A DNA stretch of 64,000 nucleotides from Muribaculaceae bacterium (GTDB taxonomy: Bacteria; Bacteroidota; Bacteroidia; Bacteroidales; G3-4614), in contig JAFYRT010000075.1 of the NCBI GenBank assembly GCA_017546805.1, forward strand, positions 20,104 through 84,103, written 5' to 3'. Shown here one piece after another: positions 21,594 to 31,703 of this stretch. The stretch's first letter is position 1, and every line of letters begins with the position of its first letter. A model generated the notes under the pieces. That model was not told the origin of the DNA. It made no database searches and saw only the letters and a program-made list of their open reading frames with translations. Both the position numbers and the translations under genes were made by a program.

Positions 21594-23090
21594 CTAATCG
21601 TTGGCTATGTCAATAGCATAGTATGCACTACGTCCATTTGGATAGACTCCCGTTATAAACATAACTTTATCTCTATTAGAAGAGTTTTGTATAGTATTGT
21701 AAATTCGTTCAATATCGTTAGGATTATTGACTATTTCACCATTTATATTTAAAATGATAAAACCTTTTCTTATTCCAGCACGTTCGAATTTGCCCTCTTT
21801 AACTCCCGAAACTTCAACGCCTGAAGAAATACCCAAAGAAGATTTTGTATCTTTTGTCGGTTCTGCAAAACCTGCGCCTAATACTCCATAGTCAGAGGCT
21901 TTTTTTATAGAGGTATCTCCTTGCTGATTTTTTAACAACACCTCAATATCTTTACTCTTACCATTGCGAGATATAGTTACAATAATCTTATCTCCGGGAT
22001 GATGTAAGCTAATCTGTTCTTGAAGATTTGAGACAGTAGATATTGAAATTCCATCTACGGCTGTAATTATATCTCCCTTCTCCAATCCTGCCTCTTTGGC
22101 TGAACTTCTATCGCTAACAGAGTCAATATATACGCCGGTTATAAAGTCTATATTTTTCTCTTTAGCAAAGTCTGCATCCATTTCAATAATCGAAACACCA
22201 AGTAATGCTCGTTGTACATTACCGTACTCTTTCAAGTCATTAACAATTTTAATTACAATATTCGACGGAACTGCGAATGAATATCCAATATAGTTTCCTG
22301 TTTCAGAAACGATCAAAGTATTTATACCTATCAATTCTCCATTTGTATTCACCAATGCACCACCGCTATTACCGTGATTTACCGCAGCATCTGTCTGTAT
22401 ATACGATTCAATAGACATTGATTTTCCACCTCCTAATGCTCTACTTTTTGCACTAACAATACCTGCAGTAACAGTAGAATTTAGCCCCATAGGATTACCT
22501 ACAGCCAAAACCCATTCTCCAACTTTCAGCATATCTGAATTACCAAATGACATAGCAGGCAAATCTTCTGCTTCAATTTTTAAAAGAGCAATATCTGTAG
22601 AAGGGTCTTTTCCAATTAATTTTGCATTAAACATTCTCTTGTCATTTAAAGTAATCTCAAACTTGTCTCCTTTATCAATAACGTGGTCGTTTGTGACAAT
22701 ATAGCCATCACTACTAATAATAACTCCCGATCCCGCACCAATCTTCATTTGGGGCTCTTGTTGTTGACCTCTAAATCTTTGACCAAAGAAAAACTCAAGA
22801 AATGGGTCCTGAAGCTGTTGACTTTGTTTTTGAATTGATGTTACTCTAATGCCAACAACGGCATTAAGACTATTTTCAGCAATACCGGTAAAGTCAGGAG
22901 CATATCCTACGTTATTTGAGACATTAACAAAATGTCTCTCATTATTCACTCCAAAACTATCTGATTTAACACAGCTTTCTTGCAACTTTGCATCATTATC
23001 ATTAAGTATAGCATATGCTCCCACTGATATTGAAGAACTGATAAGTGCAACAGCGCCAAAACTCAAAAGCATTTTACCATAATTTTTCAT
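21594..23090 (-). CDS. htrA: HtrA/DegP/DegQ-family periplasmic serine protease with two PDZ domains
   Basis: 498-aa ORF with a signal peptide, the catalytic triad context (TNDHV, DIALLKI, GNSGGAL) and two PDZ-like C-terminal regions. Confidence 0.9.
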   Translation of the reverse strand: MKNYGKMLLSFGAVALISSSISVGAYAILNDNDAKLQESCVKSDSFGVNNERHFVNVSNNVGYAPDFTGIAENSLNAVVGIRVTSIQKQSQQLQDPFLEFFFGQRFRGQQQEPQMKIGAGSGVIISSDGYIVTNDHVIDKGDKFEITLNDKRMFNAKLIGKDPSTDIALLKIEAEDLPAMSFGNSDMLKVGEWVLAVGNPMGLNSTVTAGIVSAKSRALGGGKSMSIESYIQTDAAVNHGNSGGALVNTNGELIGINTLIVSETGNYIGYSFAVPSNIVIKIVNDLKEYGNVQRALLGVSIIEMDADFAKEKNIDFITGVYIDSVSDRSSAKEAGLEKGDIITAVDGISISTVSNLQEQISLHHPGDKIIVTISRNGKSKDIEVLLKNQQGDTSIKKASDYGVLGAGFAEPTKDTKSSLGISSGVEVSGVKEGKFERAGIRKGFIILNINGEIVNNPNDIERIYNTIQNSSNRDKVMFITGVYPNGRSAYYAIDIAND

Positions 23091-23372
23091 AATCTTAATA
23101 TTTTATGTTCTGATGAATTTACATTTAATCACGTACAATAAACGTGCTATATTCTCCTAAAATTATAGGTTTAAAATAATTTAACTGTAACCTTCTCTTA
23201 TTTAACAACTGTTTTAAATTTAAGTTAATCTTTCGTCATGACATTTACTCATATGACATACTCCATTAAAAATGGTTTAATTCGAAATACCGCCAAAAAA
23301 CAAAGTAGTGAAAATTAATACTAAATATGTACTAATCTTCACTACACTGTTTTGTTTGAATAGCAGCTATTT

Positions 23373-26165
23373 CTATAATTTCTCTTTCAAAAAATGTCCT
23401 GTGTAAGAAGTTGGGCATGCGGCTACCTCTTCGGGGGTACCTGCGCAAACCAAAGTACCTCCCTTATCTCCACCTTCAGGCCCTAAATCAATAATATGGT
23501 CAGCACACTTGATAACATCCATATTATGCTCAATAACAATAACTGTGTGGCCTTTTGCTACAAGTTTGTTAAATACCGAAATAAGACGTTTAACATCATG
23601 CATATGCAAACCGGTTGTTGGCTCGTCAAAAATAAATATCGTAGGAGCAAGTGTTTCATTTGCCAAGAATGCAGCAAGCTTAACTCTTTGACTTTCTCCT
23701 CCTGAAAGAGTAGACGATGACTGACCCATTTTAAGATACCCTAAGCCTACAGTTTGCAAAGGCAAGAGCTTTTTGACAATCTTCTTCTCGTACGACCCTT
23801 TTTCTTCTGAGAAGAACTCAATAGCCTGATTGATTGTCATATCTAAAATATCGCTAATATTTTTTCCTTTGTATTCAATATCCAAGACATCGCTTTTATA
23901 ACGTTTTCCATTACAGCTCTCACAGACCAATGTTATGTCAGCCATAAATTGCATTTCTACAGTTATAAAGCCTTCTCCTTTACACTCCTCACATCGACCA
24001 CCTTCGCTATTAAACGAGAAGTATCCGGCTGAATATCCCAACTGTTTTGCCGCTTGTTGATCGGCATACAAACGTCTTATTTCGTCAAATGCCTTCAAGT
24101 ATGTTGCAGGATTCGAACGACTTGATTTCCCTATGGGATTTTGATCTACGAACTCGATGCCATGCATCAATTTCATATCCCCAGCAAGTTGAAGCATAGC
24201 ACCCGGAGCATCACTCTCTTTGTCATAGTATCTACACATTGCTCTATAGAAAGTGTCTCTAATCAATGATGATTTACCCGAACCTGAAACCCCCGTTACA
24301 ACTGTAAAAACATTTAAAGGAAAATCCACATCAATACCTTTCAAATTATTGTGTGCTGCACCTTTTATGCTGATATAGTTATTCCATTTTCTACGGAAGT
24401 GGGGGACATCAATCTTTTCTTCACCTGTAAGATATTTAACCGTGTAGCTTTGAGTTTTCTTCTGCAAACCACTTATTTCGCCTTGATATACAACCTCTCC
24501 ACCCAATCGGCCTGCATCCGGACCTATATCTATTATATAGTCAGCTTTACGGATAATATCTTCATCATGCTCAACCACAACAACTGTATTGCCAAGACTC
24601 TGTAATTGGCGAAGGACTTTTATTAAACACTCTGTATCGCGAGAATGTAATCCAATTGAAGGCTCATCTAATATATATAGCGAACCAACAAGATTGCTTC
24701 CTAATGAAGTTGCCAAATTTATACGTTGACTTTCTCCTCCTGAAAGTGTTGATGACAATCGGTTTAGGGTTAAATATCCCAATCCGACATCAACCAGGAA
24801 TTGTAATCTGGTTTTTATCTCAATCAATAATCTCTTTGCAACATTCATATCAAACTCACTCAATTTAAGTTGCTCAAAGAATTGTTGCAAATCCACAATC
24901 GACATATTGGTAAGTTCTGCTATATCCTTTCCACCTATCTTAACATACAAAGCTTCGGGTTTAAGCCTTGCTCCTTTACAATCAGGGCATACGGTTTTAC
25001 CCCTATATCGTGCCAACATCACTCTGTATTGAACCTTATACAGATTAGATTCAACCATTTTAAAGAACGAATCAATACCATAAATCTCATCATTACCGCG
25101 CCATAACAACTCTTTTTGTTCCGTAGTAAGTTCATAATAAGGTTTATGTATAGGGAAATTATACTTATCAGCCTTAAGAATAAAATCGCGTTTCCACTCA
25201 CTCATCTTATCGCCTCTCCAACACAAAACGGCATCATTATATACCGATAAAGCCTTGTTTGGAATAACCAAGTTTTCATCAACTCCAACAACCATACCGT
25301 AGCCCTCACATGTAGGACAGGCACCGATAGGAGAGTTAAAATTAAACATTAAATCATTAGGCTCCTGAAATTTTATTCCGTCAGCTTCGAAATGCTTTGA
25401 GAATTTATGATCTATCTCGCCCTCGTTGGTATAGAAACGCAATATACACTCACCGTCGCTTTCAAAAAATGCAATTTCTGAAGAGTCAACCAATCGACTT
25501 ACAACATCCTTTGCATCGCTGACCGACATACGGTCAATAATAAGATAGCAATCTTTTAAATCAACCGTTTCAGAATTTAAAATATCGTCAATACGAGTAA
25601 TGTTATTATCGCAAATAATTCTAGAGTAACCCTCCTTTTGAAGTTTTGACAAATACTCTTTTGCTTCGTCGCCTTTGTTCTCTTTAAGAGTCGTCATCAA
25701 CATAAAGCGAGTTCCAGTAGGATAGGAGAGCATACACTTTACGATATCCTCCGAATCGTGTTTTTTAACTTCAGCTCCCGAAATAGGAGAGAATGTGTGA
25801 CCAACTCTACCAAACAACATTCTCAAATAGTCATAAATCTCAGTAGATGTTCCAACCGTTGAGCGAGCATTGCGAGTACTAACCTTTTGCTCTATTGCAA
25901 TAGCAGGAGGTATCCCAATAATGTAATCACATTCCGGTTTTGATATGCGACCTAAAAACTGTCGAGCATACGAAGAAAGGCTCTCAACATAACGACGTTG
26001 ACCCTCTGCATAAAGAGTATCAAATGCAAGAGAAGTCTTACCCGAGCCAGAAACTCCGGTAACCACAATAAATTTATCGCGAGGAATCTCAACATCAATA
26101 TTCTTCAGATTATTAACCCTCGCACCTTTTATAAATATATTATCTTCGTTTATGTTTTTCTCCAT
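23373..26165 (-). CDS. uvrA: excinuclease ABC subunit A
   Basis: 930-aa ORF with two ABC modules ([18 protein letters not shown]; LSGGESQR twice) and zinc-finger motifs ([28 protein letters not shown]). Confidence 0.95.
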   Translation of the reverse strand: MEKNINEDNIFIKGARVNNLKNIDVEIPRDKFIVVTGVSGSGKTSLAFDTLYAEGQRRYVESLSSYARQFLGRISKPECDYIIGIPPAIAIEQKVSTRNARSTVGTSTEIYDYLRMLFGRVGHTFSPISGAEVKKHDSEDIVKCMLSYPTGTRFMLMTTLKENKGDEAKEYLSKLQKEGYSRIICDNNITRIDDILNSETVDLKDCYLIIDRMSVSDAKDVVSRLVDSSEIAFFESDGECILRFYTNEGEIDHKFSKHFEADGIKFQEPNDLMFNFNSPIGACPTCEGYGMVVGVDENLVIPNKALSVYNDAVLCWRGDKMSEWKRDFILKADKYNFPIHKPYYELTTEQKELLWRGNDEIYGIDSFFKMVESNLYKVQYRVMLARYRGKTVCPDCKGARLKPEALYVKIGGKDIAELTNMSIVDLQQFFEQLKLSEFDMNVAKRLLIEIKTRLQFLVDVGLGYLTLNRLSSTLSGGESQRINLATSLGSNLVGSLYILDEPSIGLHSRDTECLIKVLRQLQSLGNTVVVVEHDEDIIRKADYIIDIGPDAGRLGGEVVYQGEISGLQKKTQSYTVKYLTGEEKIDVPHFRRKWNNYISIKGAAHNNLKGIDVDFPLNVFTVVTGVSGSGKSSLIRDTFYRAMCRYYDKESDAPGAMLQLAGDMKLMHGIEFVDQNPIGKSSRSNPATYLKAFDEIRRLYADQQAAKQLGYSAGYFSFNSEGGRCEECKGEGFITVEMQFMADITLVCESCNGKRYKSDVLDIEYKGKNISDILDMTINQAIEFFSEEKGSYEKKIVKKLLPLQTVGLGYLKMGQSSSTLSGGESQRVKLAAFLANETLAPTIFIFDEPTTGLHMHDVKRLISVFNKLVAKGHTVIVIEHNMDVIKCADHIIDLGPEGGDKGGTLVCAGTPEEVAACPTSYTGHFLKEKL

Positions 26166-26272
26166 ACCAAAAGCGTGTACACTCTAATTATTTTGCAATC
26201 ATACAAAGTTACAATAAAAAAAGAGAGTTAAGAAATAGATGTATGATTATTTAGTGTTAATTAAACATTATA

Positions 26273-26575
26273 CTATTCCACCACCTCAACATAAAAACTA
26301 ACGGGGCGAAAGCCGTCATTACACGAAATCATAGCAGAATGTGGATTCTTCATCCAGCCATCATAAAAGTTACCACCACCTTCGGCGAGTTCTTTAATAA
26401 ATGGAAACATTGTCTCCCAGGCACTATCGCACATACCATTAGGTTTCAAGCAATCTTTTATGATAAAAGTTTGCCCTAATTGCATATCGCAAGGATGTTC
26501 TATAGGATTTTCAAATTCTTCAATTAAATCCTTGTATCAAGCCATATGTTTAACTGTAATCTTAATCGTTTTCAT
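26273..26575 (-). pseudogene. TIGR04076-like small Cys-rich protein interrupted by an in-frame TGA
   Basis: The ORF track gives only the 70-aa C-terminal part (26273..26485, ending ...SCNDGFRPVSFYVEVVE). Reading further upstream in the same frame gives ATG(26575) MKTIKITVKHMA-TGA(26539-26537)-YKDLIEEFENPIEHPCD-MQLG..., i.e. a roughly 100-codon gene with one internal stop. Confidence 0.5.
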
Positions 26576-26580
26576 CTGAC

Positions 26581-27141
26581 TTATTTTATTTTTTTACCAT
26601 CTGAAAACGCATTGCCAACTTTTGCTCCTAACGCAATATAATCATGATTACAAGGATCGTATGTAATTGGTTGAAGCTTTTGAATATCAATTTTATTGTT
26701 TTCTTTCAAAACAGACTCCTCAACCGAAACATTCACTATTTTACCCACCATATAACAACTCTCCTCGTCATACGAAACGAGTTCACACTCCAAACACATG
26801 GGTAGTTGTTCAATAATCGGAGCATTTACAAATTCTGACTTAATCGCTGTAAATCCTGCCTTTCTGAACTTGTCTGTTTCATTATTACCCGACACTATAC
26901 CAACATAATCACAAGCGACAACCTCATTTACAGTTGCCATACTTACTGTAAAAGCCTTTGTTTTTAGAATATTCTTAGTGGTTTTGTGGTCATCTGCAAG
27001 ACAAATACCTATCATATCATCAGTATGAATACCTCCCCAAGCGGCATTCATAGCATTAGGATTTCCCTCTTCGTCATAAGCTGCAACAATAAAAACAGGC
27101 ATGGGATAGAGCCAAGTTTTTACACCAAAATTTTTACGCAT
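26581..27141 (-). CDS. flavin reductase-like FMN-binding protein
   Basis: 186-aa ORF. The N-terminal LYPMPVFIVAAYDEEGNPNAMNAAWGG is typical of the flavin reductase-like domain family. Confidence 0.75.
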   Translation of the reverse strand: MRKNFGVKTWLYPMPVFIVAAYDEEGNPNAMNAAWGGIHTDDMIGICLADDHKTTKNILKTKAFTVSMATVNEVVACDYVGIVSGNNETDKFRKAGFTAIKSEFVNAPIIEQLPMCLECELVSYDEESCYMVGKIVNVSVEESVLKENNKIDIQKLQPITYDPCNHDYIALGAKVGNAFSDGKKIK

Positions 27142-27195
27142 AGGTTTCTCTGTTTAAATATCTGCGAATATAAGAATAAAATAGAAAAAATATCG

Positions 27196-27203
27196 TAACT
27201 TTG
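27196..27203 (+). promoter_or_regulatory. Bacteroidota -7 promoter box (TAACTTTG)
   Basis: Exact TAnnTTTG match 24 nt upstream of the 27227 start. Confidence 0.5.
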
Positions 27204-27226
27204 TAATAGAATTAAATAATCGAAAC

Positions 27227-27961
27227 ATGGAAAGATATTCAAAAGAGAGCGTTGTAACTTGTTACGAAGCTGATGCAAACGAACTATTAAGACCAACAGC
27301 AATGCTGGATATGATGCAAGAGGCGGCAAATGTCGATGCAACACGTTTAGGATTTGGTTTTGACAATATGATTGCAACAAACACAGCATGGGTATTATCA
27401 CGCCTTCACATGAGAGTAAATTCATATCCCAAATGGAGAGATACAGTAAGACTATTTACCTGGCACAAAGGAGCATTCAAGCTCTTTTTCTTACGTGACT
27501 TTTCATTAAAAGACACCGAAGGAAATTCACTTATCGATGCAACAACTTCGTGGTTGATAATTGATTTGAATACACGCCGTCTATCTCGAAATGCCGAATT
27601 GGCTGATGAAAATACTTGCATAAAAGAGGATGCAATTAGTGAGCCTGCCGATAAGGTGACAGCTCCACAAGATACAGAATTTGAATTTGCAGGAACACAT
27701 AAAGTTGTTTGGTCAGACATTGACACCAACAACCACGTAAACAATGTAAAATATGTAGTTTGGGCATTGGATATTGTTGATTATGAAGATTCAAGCAAAA
27801 AGCCATTAAAAGAACTATTTATAAACTTCGATAACGAAGTTCTTGCAGGACAAGAGGTCGAACTATACAAAATACGTCAAGAGACCGAAGATGGTTTAAC
27901 ATATTACGTTCAGGGTAAGGTTGAGGGCAAACAAAGCTTCATTATAAAACTTATCTTCTAA
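27227..27961 (+). CDS. acyl-[acyl-carrier-protein] thioesterase
   Basis: 244-aa ORF with double hotdog-like organisation and a conserved DTNNHVNNVKY motif, as in FatA/B-type acyl-ACP thioesterases. Confidence 0.8.
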   Translation: MERYSKESVVTCYEADANELLRPTAMLDMMQEAANVDATRLGFGFDNMIATNTAWVLSRLHMRVNSYPKWRDTVRLFTWHKGAFKLFFLRDFSLKDTEGNSLIDATTSWLIIDLNTRRLSRNAELADENTCIKEDAISEPADKVTAPQDTEFEFAGTHKVVWSDIDTNNHVNNVKYVVWALDIVDYEDSSKKPLKELFINFDNEVLAGQEVELYKIRQETEDGLTYYVQGKVEGKQSFIIKLIF

Positions 27962-27981
27962 AATCTCACTAAACAAGGTAG

Positions 27982-29187
27982 ATGAAACTACATCTGTTTA
28001 ATCCTGAAAACGATTTAGCAATTGCCGATGGAAATGCAAACTATTGCCCACCTCCATCGGCATTAAAAATTGCATACGACTTATCTACGCTGCCTTTATG
28101 GTATGCCGATAAAGAAGATGTAGTTTACTTACCGAATATCTCTCACTCACAATATTACAACGAGCTATCTCAAAAATTTTCTTTACCAAATAGATATAGT
28201 GTTGAGAACAGTGACACTATAACAAAGTGTATACCTTGGGGTTGGAGTATGTATATACGTAAGAAATTCGAAAATATGGGACTTTCAACCAAAGCTTTGA
28301 TTTCTGTTGAAACCATTAACAGATTGCGGGAGTTATCCAACAGGAAAGTAACAATTGAAATTCTTACGCGTTTAAACAATTTAGGAGTAGACATTCCGTC
28401 TATGCCTCGCTATATAACAAATTTAGATGAAGTGGGGGAGTTTATATGTAGCATGCCACGTTCAGTCATAAAAGCACCATGGTCGGGAAGTGGAAAAGGT
28501 ATAGCATGGGGATTAGGCAGAATGGAGATTCCGGTTGAGCATTTCTATAAAGGGGTTATTCGTAGACAAGGAGGCGTTGTATGCGAAAAATTTTTAAACA
28601 AAGCAGTTGATTTTGCAATGGAGTTCTATTATAAAAACGGAACTATAACATTTGCAGGATATTCGCTCTTTAAATCCGTAAAAGGAGTATACTCAGGCAA
28701 TATTTTGGCTACGGATGCAGCAATTGAAGAGTTCCTTAATAGCTATATGCCTCAGACTCCCGTCACTAAAGTAAAAGAGAATATTATTACCGTCTTGGAA
28801 GATATATTTAAAGGTTTCGATTACGAAGGATATTTTGGAGTGGATATGATGATATATTCCGACGAAAATAATCACAACCATATAAACCCATGTGTAGAAC
28901 TTAATTTAAGAACCAATATGGGAATAGCTTCTCGTATTCTATACGACAAACATATTGATAATAACTGCGTTGGAGTTTATAATGTAACATTTTATAAACA
29001 AAACGGAGAAGCACTAAAAACAGATAATGAATTGAAACAAAAATATCCGCCAACTATTTGCAATGGCAAATTGTATAACGGATATATATCGTTATCTCCA
29101 ATTAATAAAGACACAAAATATTCAGCTTACGTTATTGTAAACAGAACAGAAAATCAAAACTCTTTAAGTTCTCTGTACAATCGTTGA
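27982..29187 (+). CDS. conserved hypothetical protein (possible ATP-grasp-like fold)
   Basis: 401-aa ORF with coding-like composition. Only a weak glycine-rich segment (APWSGSGKGI) was seen, so no function is assigned. Confidence 0.6.
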   Translation: MKLHLFNPENDLAIADGNANYCPPPSALKIAYDLSTLPLWYADKEDVVYLPNISHSQYYNELSQKFSLPNRYSVENSDTITKCIPWGWSMYIRKKFENMGLSTKALISVETINRLRELSNRKVTIEILTRLNNLGVDIPSMPRYITNLDEVGEFICSMPRSVIKAPWSGSGKGIAWGLGRMEIPVEHFYKGVIRRQGGVVCEKFLNKAVDFAMEFYYKNGTITFAGYSLFKSVKGVYSGNILATDAAIEEFLNSYMPQTPVTKVKENIITVLEDIFKGFDYEGYFGVDMMIYSDENNHNHINPCVELNLRTNMGIASRILYDKHIDNNCVGVYNVTFYKQNGEALKTDNELKQKYPPTICNGKLYNGYISLSPINKDTKYSAYVIVNRTENQNSLSSLYNR

Positions 29188-29735
29188 ATTGGCAATCCCA
29201 TAACATTGAAATATGAGCCATTAATGCTCTCTACTCCAATGTAGCCAATCCACTCCTGAATACCATATGCCCCGGCTTTATCCATAGGAGAGAATGTATC
29301 AACATAATAATCAATCTCCTCATCAGAAAGCGTTGCAAATTTAACATCAGATGCGGAAATAAATGTCTTTGATTTATCCTTTGTCAATAAAGTAACACCT
29401 GTATAAACCGTATGAGTATTACCGGATAGTTCTTTCAACATACATTTCGCATCTTCAGCATCAGCAGGTTTGCCATACTGTTTATCTCCTAACCAAACAA
29501 TGGTGTCGGCGGTTATCAAAAGAGTATTATCCTCTAAAAACTCTTTGTATGAGTTTGACTTTTGTTCCGAAATATATGCAGGAATGTCACCACCTTTTAA
29601 ATTTTCAGGATACGACTCATCAATATCGGGTAAAGAAATAGCTCTAAACTCAACACCCAACCCTTTTAGCAGTTCTCTTCGACGAGGAGAGTTACTTGCA
29701 AGAATTATATCGTATTTTCTAAGATTGTCAAGCAT
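29154..29735 (-). CDS. maf: Maf-family nucleoside triphosphate pyrophosphatase
   Basis: 193-aa ORF with LASNSPRRRELL, DTIV and DKAGAYGIQ motifs. Confidence 0.9.
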   Translation of the reverse strand: MLDNLRKYDIILASNSPRRRELLKGLGVEFRAISLPDIDESYPENLKGGDIPAYISEQKSNSYKEFLEDNTLLITADTIVWLGDKQYGKPADAEDAKCMLKELSGNTHTVYTGVTLLTKDKSKTFISASDVKFATLSDEEIDYYVDTFSPMDKAGAYGIQEWIGYIGVESINGSYFNVMGLPIQRLYRELKEF

Positions 29736-29750
29736 AATATAACCATCAAA

Positions 29751-30272
29751 TTACCAACCAAAAGCTTCGTCGTTCATCCATTTGTCTTGAGCTTTAAGCA
29801 CCTCTTCAATAACCTCTCTTGCGCAACCATTACCACCATTGCACGATGTTATATAAGTTGCACACTCTTTAATTTCAGAAACAGCATCAGCAGGAGCACA
29901 AGGAAGACCAACAACCTTCATTATTTCATAATCAGGAATATCATCTCCCATATACATAATCTCCTCGTCTTTCAAATTGAATTTATCGCGGAACTCTATA
30001 TATGTAGGTAATTTTCTGCTAATACCCATATAAATAGACTCAACCCCCAAGCCTTTGTAACGCTCATATACAGCTTGGGTGCGTCCACCTGTTATAATAG
30101 CAATCTTATAGCCCAACTTAACTGCCAATTGCATTACATAACCATCTTTAATGTTTACCATTCTCATAGGCTCACCCGATGGATGCAAAGAGATGGTAGA
30201 AGGAGAGAGAACTCCATCTACATCAAAAACAAACGATTTAATTTTAGTCAGATCATAATTAATCTTACTCAT
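29751..30272 (-). CDS. kdsC: KDO 8-phosphate phosphatase (HAD-IIIA)
   Basis: 173-aa ORF with HAD motif I (FVFDVDGVL), then MGDDIPD, and tetramer-type KdsC length. Confidence 0.8.
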   Translation of the reverse strand: MSKINYDLTKIKSFVFDVDGVLSPSTISLHPSGEPMRMVNIKDGYVMQLAVKLGYKIAIITGGRTQAVYERYKGLGVESIYMGISRKLPTYIEFRDKFNLKDEEIMYMGDDIPDYEIMKVVGLPCAPADAVSEIKECATYITSCNGGNGCAREVIEEVLKAQDKWMNDEAFGW

Positions 30273-30278
30273 AATATC

Positions 30279-31049
30279 CTATTTTTTATAACTATCAGTT
30301 ATACTTTTACTTAACAATGTATATATCTCTTTCATAGAGGCAGAATCAATTTGCTGTAAATGAGCATTCATAACATCACTATCTCCTCTGCGCGCAGGCC
30401 CTGTTTGAGCCTCATGCGGTGTAATCTCCGATATCTTTTTTGTTGTCTCCTCAATAAGAGGCAACAACACATCAAAAGAGATACCCTCTTTCTCTAATAT
30501 TTGCGAAGCAATATCGTAGCAATGATTAACAAAATTGCATGCAAAAACTGCCGCAACGTGCATAATCTTCCTTCTTGATGAATCCGCTTCAATCACATTT
30601 GAAGATAGTCTTTTTGAAAACTCCTTAATTTCAGATAAAATATCATTATTGCAAGCCTCAATAAAAAGAGGAATCTTCGGAAAATCAAGGTCTCTGTTCT
30701 TTGAAAAAGTTTGCAAGGGATACAATACTCCACACTTCTCTGCAACACCATCAAAGACATCGATATTTATACCGCCGGATGTATGCACTACAATGGAGTT
30801 GAATTCTTTTAAATCTTCAACAACATCTTTAATGGCATCATCTTTAATTGATATGATTAACAAATCAATATCTCTATCAATTTCAGAGATTGAATCTACA
30901 GCAACAGCATTAACTTTTGAGGCAAGAACAGATGAATTCTCAAGAGTGGGAGAGTACACATATTTTACATCCACACCTGCGTTAAAAATGGCCTTTGCTA
31001 AATGTGTGGCCACATTACCCGAACCTATTATTGCAACGCTGCTTATCAT
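30279..31049 (-). CDS. Rossmann-like / DUF2520 domain protein
   Basis: 256-aa ORF with an N-terminal IIGSGNVATHLA dinucleotide-binding motif and a C-terminal GPARRGD motif typical of DUF2520 proteins. Confidence 0.7.
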   Translation of the reverse strand: MISSVAIIGSGNVATHLAKAIFNAGVDVKYVYSPTLENSSVLASKVNAVAVDSISEIDRDIDLLIISIKDDAIKDVVEDLKEFNSIVVHTSGGINIDVFDGVAEKCGVLYPLQTFSKNRDLDFPKIPLFIEACNNDILSEIKEFSKRLSSNVIEADSSRRKIMHVAAVFACNFVNHCYDIASQILEKEGISFDVLLPLIEETTKKISEITPHEAQTGPARRGDSDVMNAHLQQIDSASMKEIYTLLSKSITDSYKK

Positions 31050-31050
31050 A

Positions 31051-31578
31051 TTACCATTTACCTATATGAACCTTTTCCCATTGAGTTTTATCAGGGTCAT
31101 AAGGTTTGCGTTCTTCATCTTTGTATCCAAATGTCATTACAGACAATACCGCAAATTGCTCAGGAATTCCAAACATTTCACGAACATACTCTTCTGACGA
31201 AATACCATCGGCTGTAAAACGTTGTCTCACTTGAATCCAACAACTACCAAGGCCTAAATCGGCAGCTTGAAGTTGCATAATAACAGATGCAATCGAAGCA
31301 TCTTCGATCCACACATCACTCTTTGTTGTATCTGCAGTAACCACAACAGCCAATTTACACCCTGCAATAGGGCGGGCACCATGCTCTTTACATAGCGACA
31401 ACTTCTCCAAAGTCTCTTTATCCTCAACCACAATAAACTCCCAGCCCATTGTCGATTTTGAAGATGGAGATACAAGAGCAGCCTCAAGAATAAGTTTAAC
31501 ATCTTCAGCTTTTAGCTCTTGCTCTTTATATTTTCTATAGCTTCTTCTGTTTAGAAGCAGATTATGGAAATCTTTCAT
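31051..31578 (-). CDS. nitroreductase family protein
   Basis: The ORF track gives 31051..31632. I prefer the ATG at 31578 (MKDFHNLLLNRRSYRKY), the canonical nitroreductase N-terminus. Confidence 0.8.
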   Translation of the reverse strand: MKDFHNLLLNRRSYRKYKEQELKAEDVKLILEAALVSPSSKSTMGWEFIVVEDKETLEKLSLCKEHGARPIAGCKLAVVVTADTTKSDVWIEDASIASVIMQLQAADLGLGSCWIQVRQRFTADGISSEEYVREMFGIPEQFAVLSVMTFGYKDEERKPYDPDKTQWEKVHIGKW

Positions 31579-31703
31579 ATACTTAATAATAAATTTGACA
31601 TACGAAGATATAACAAATATTTCTCTTGACAATAATTAGCGAAAACAAAATATAATTGCTTACATATATAATATGTAGCCATAATTTACGTTAATAAAAT
31701 TGA

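Noticed and set aside
26537-26539. Genome-wide TGA reassignment as the explanation for the in-frame TGA
   Set aside because: The TGA-bounded ORFs in the supplied standard-code track (for example the SIR2-like ORF ending 54747-54749) stop at lengths expected for their families, so reassignment is very unlikely. The event is local, either a pseudogene or a rare recoding.
27142-27226. Strand switch (mostly minus-strand genes to the left, mostly plus-strand to the right) as a possible replication origin
   Set aside because: The divergent spacer is only 85 bp with no DnaA-box cluster or AT-rich unwinding element. In addition, a minus-strand block (29154-31632) follows shortly after, so the orientation pattern is not clean.
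30535-31197. 220-aa plus-strand ORF overlapping the DUF2520 and nitroreductase genes
   Set aside because: It is antisense to two well-supported genes, spans their junction, and has Ser/Phe/Ile-rich low-complexity sequence with no recognisable motif.
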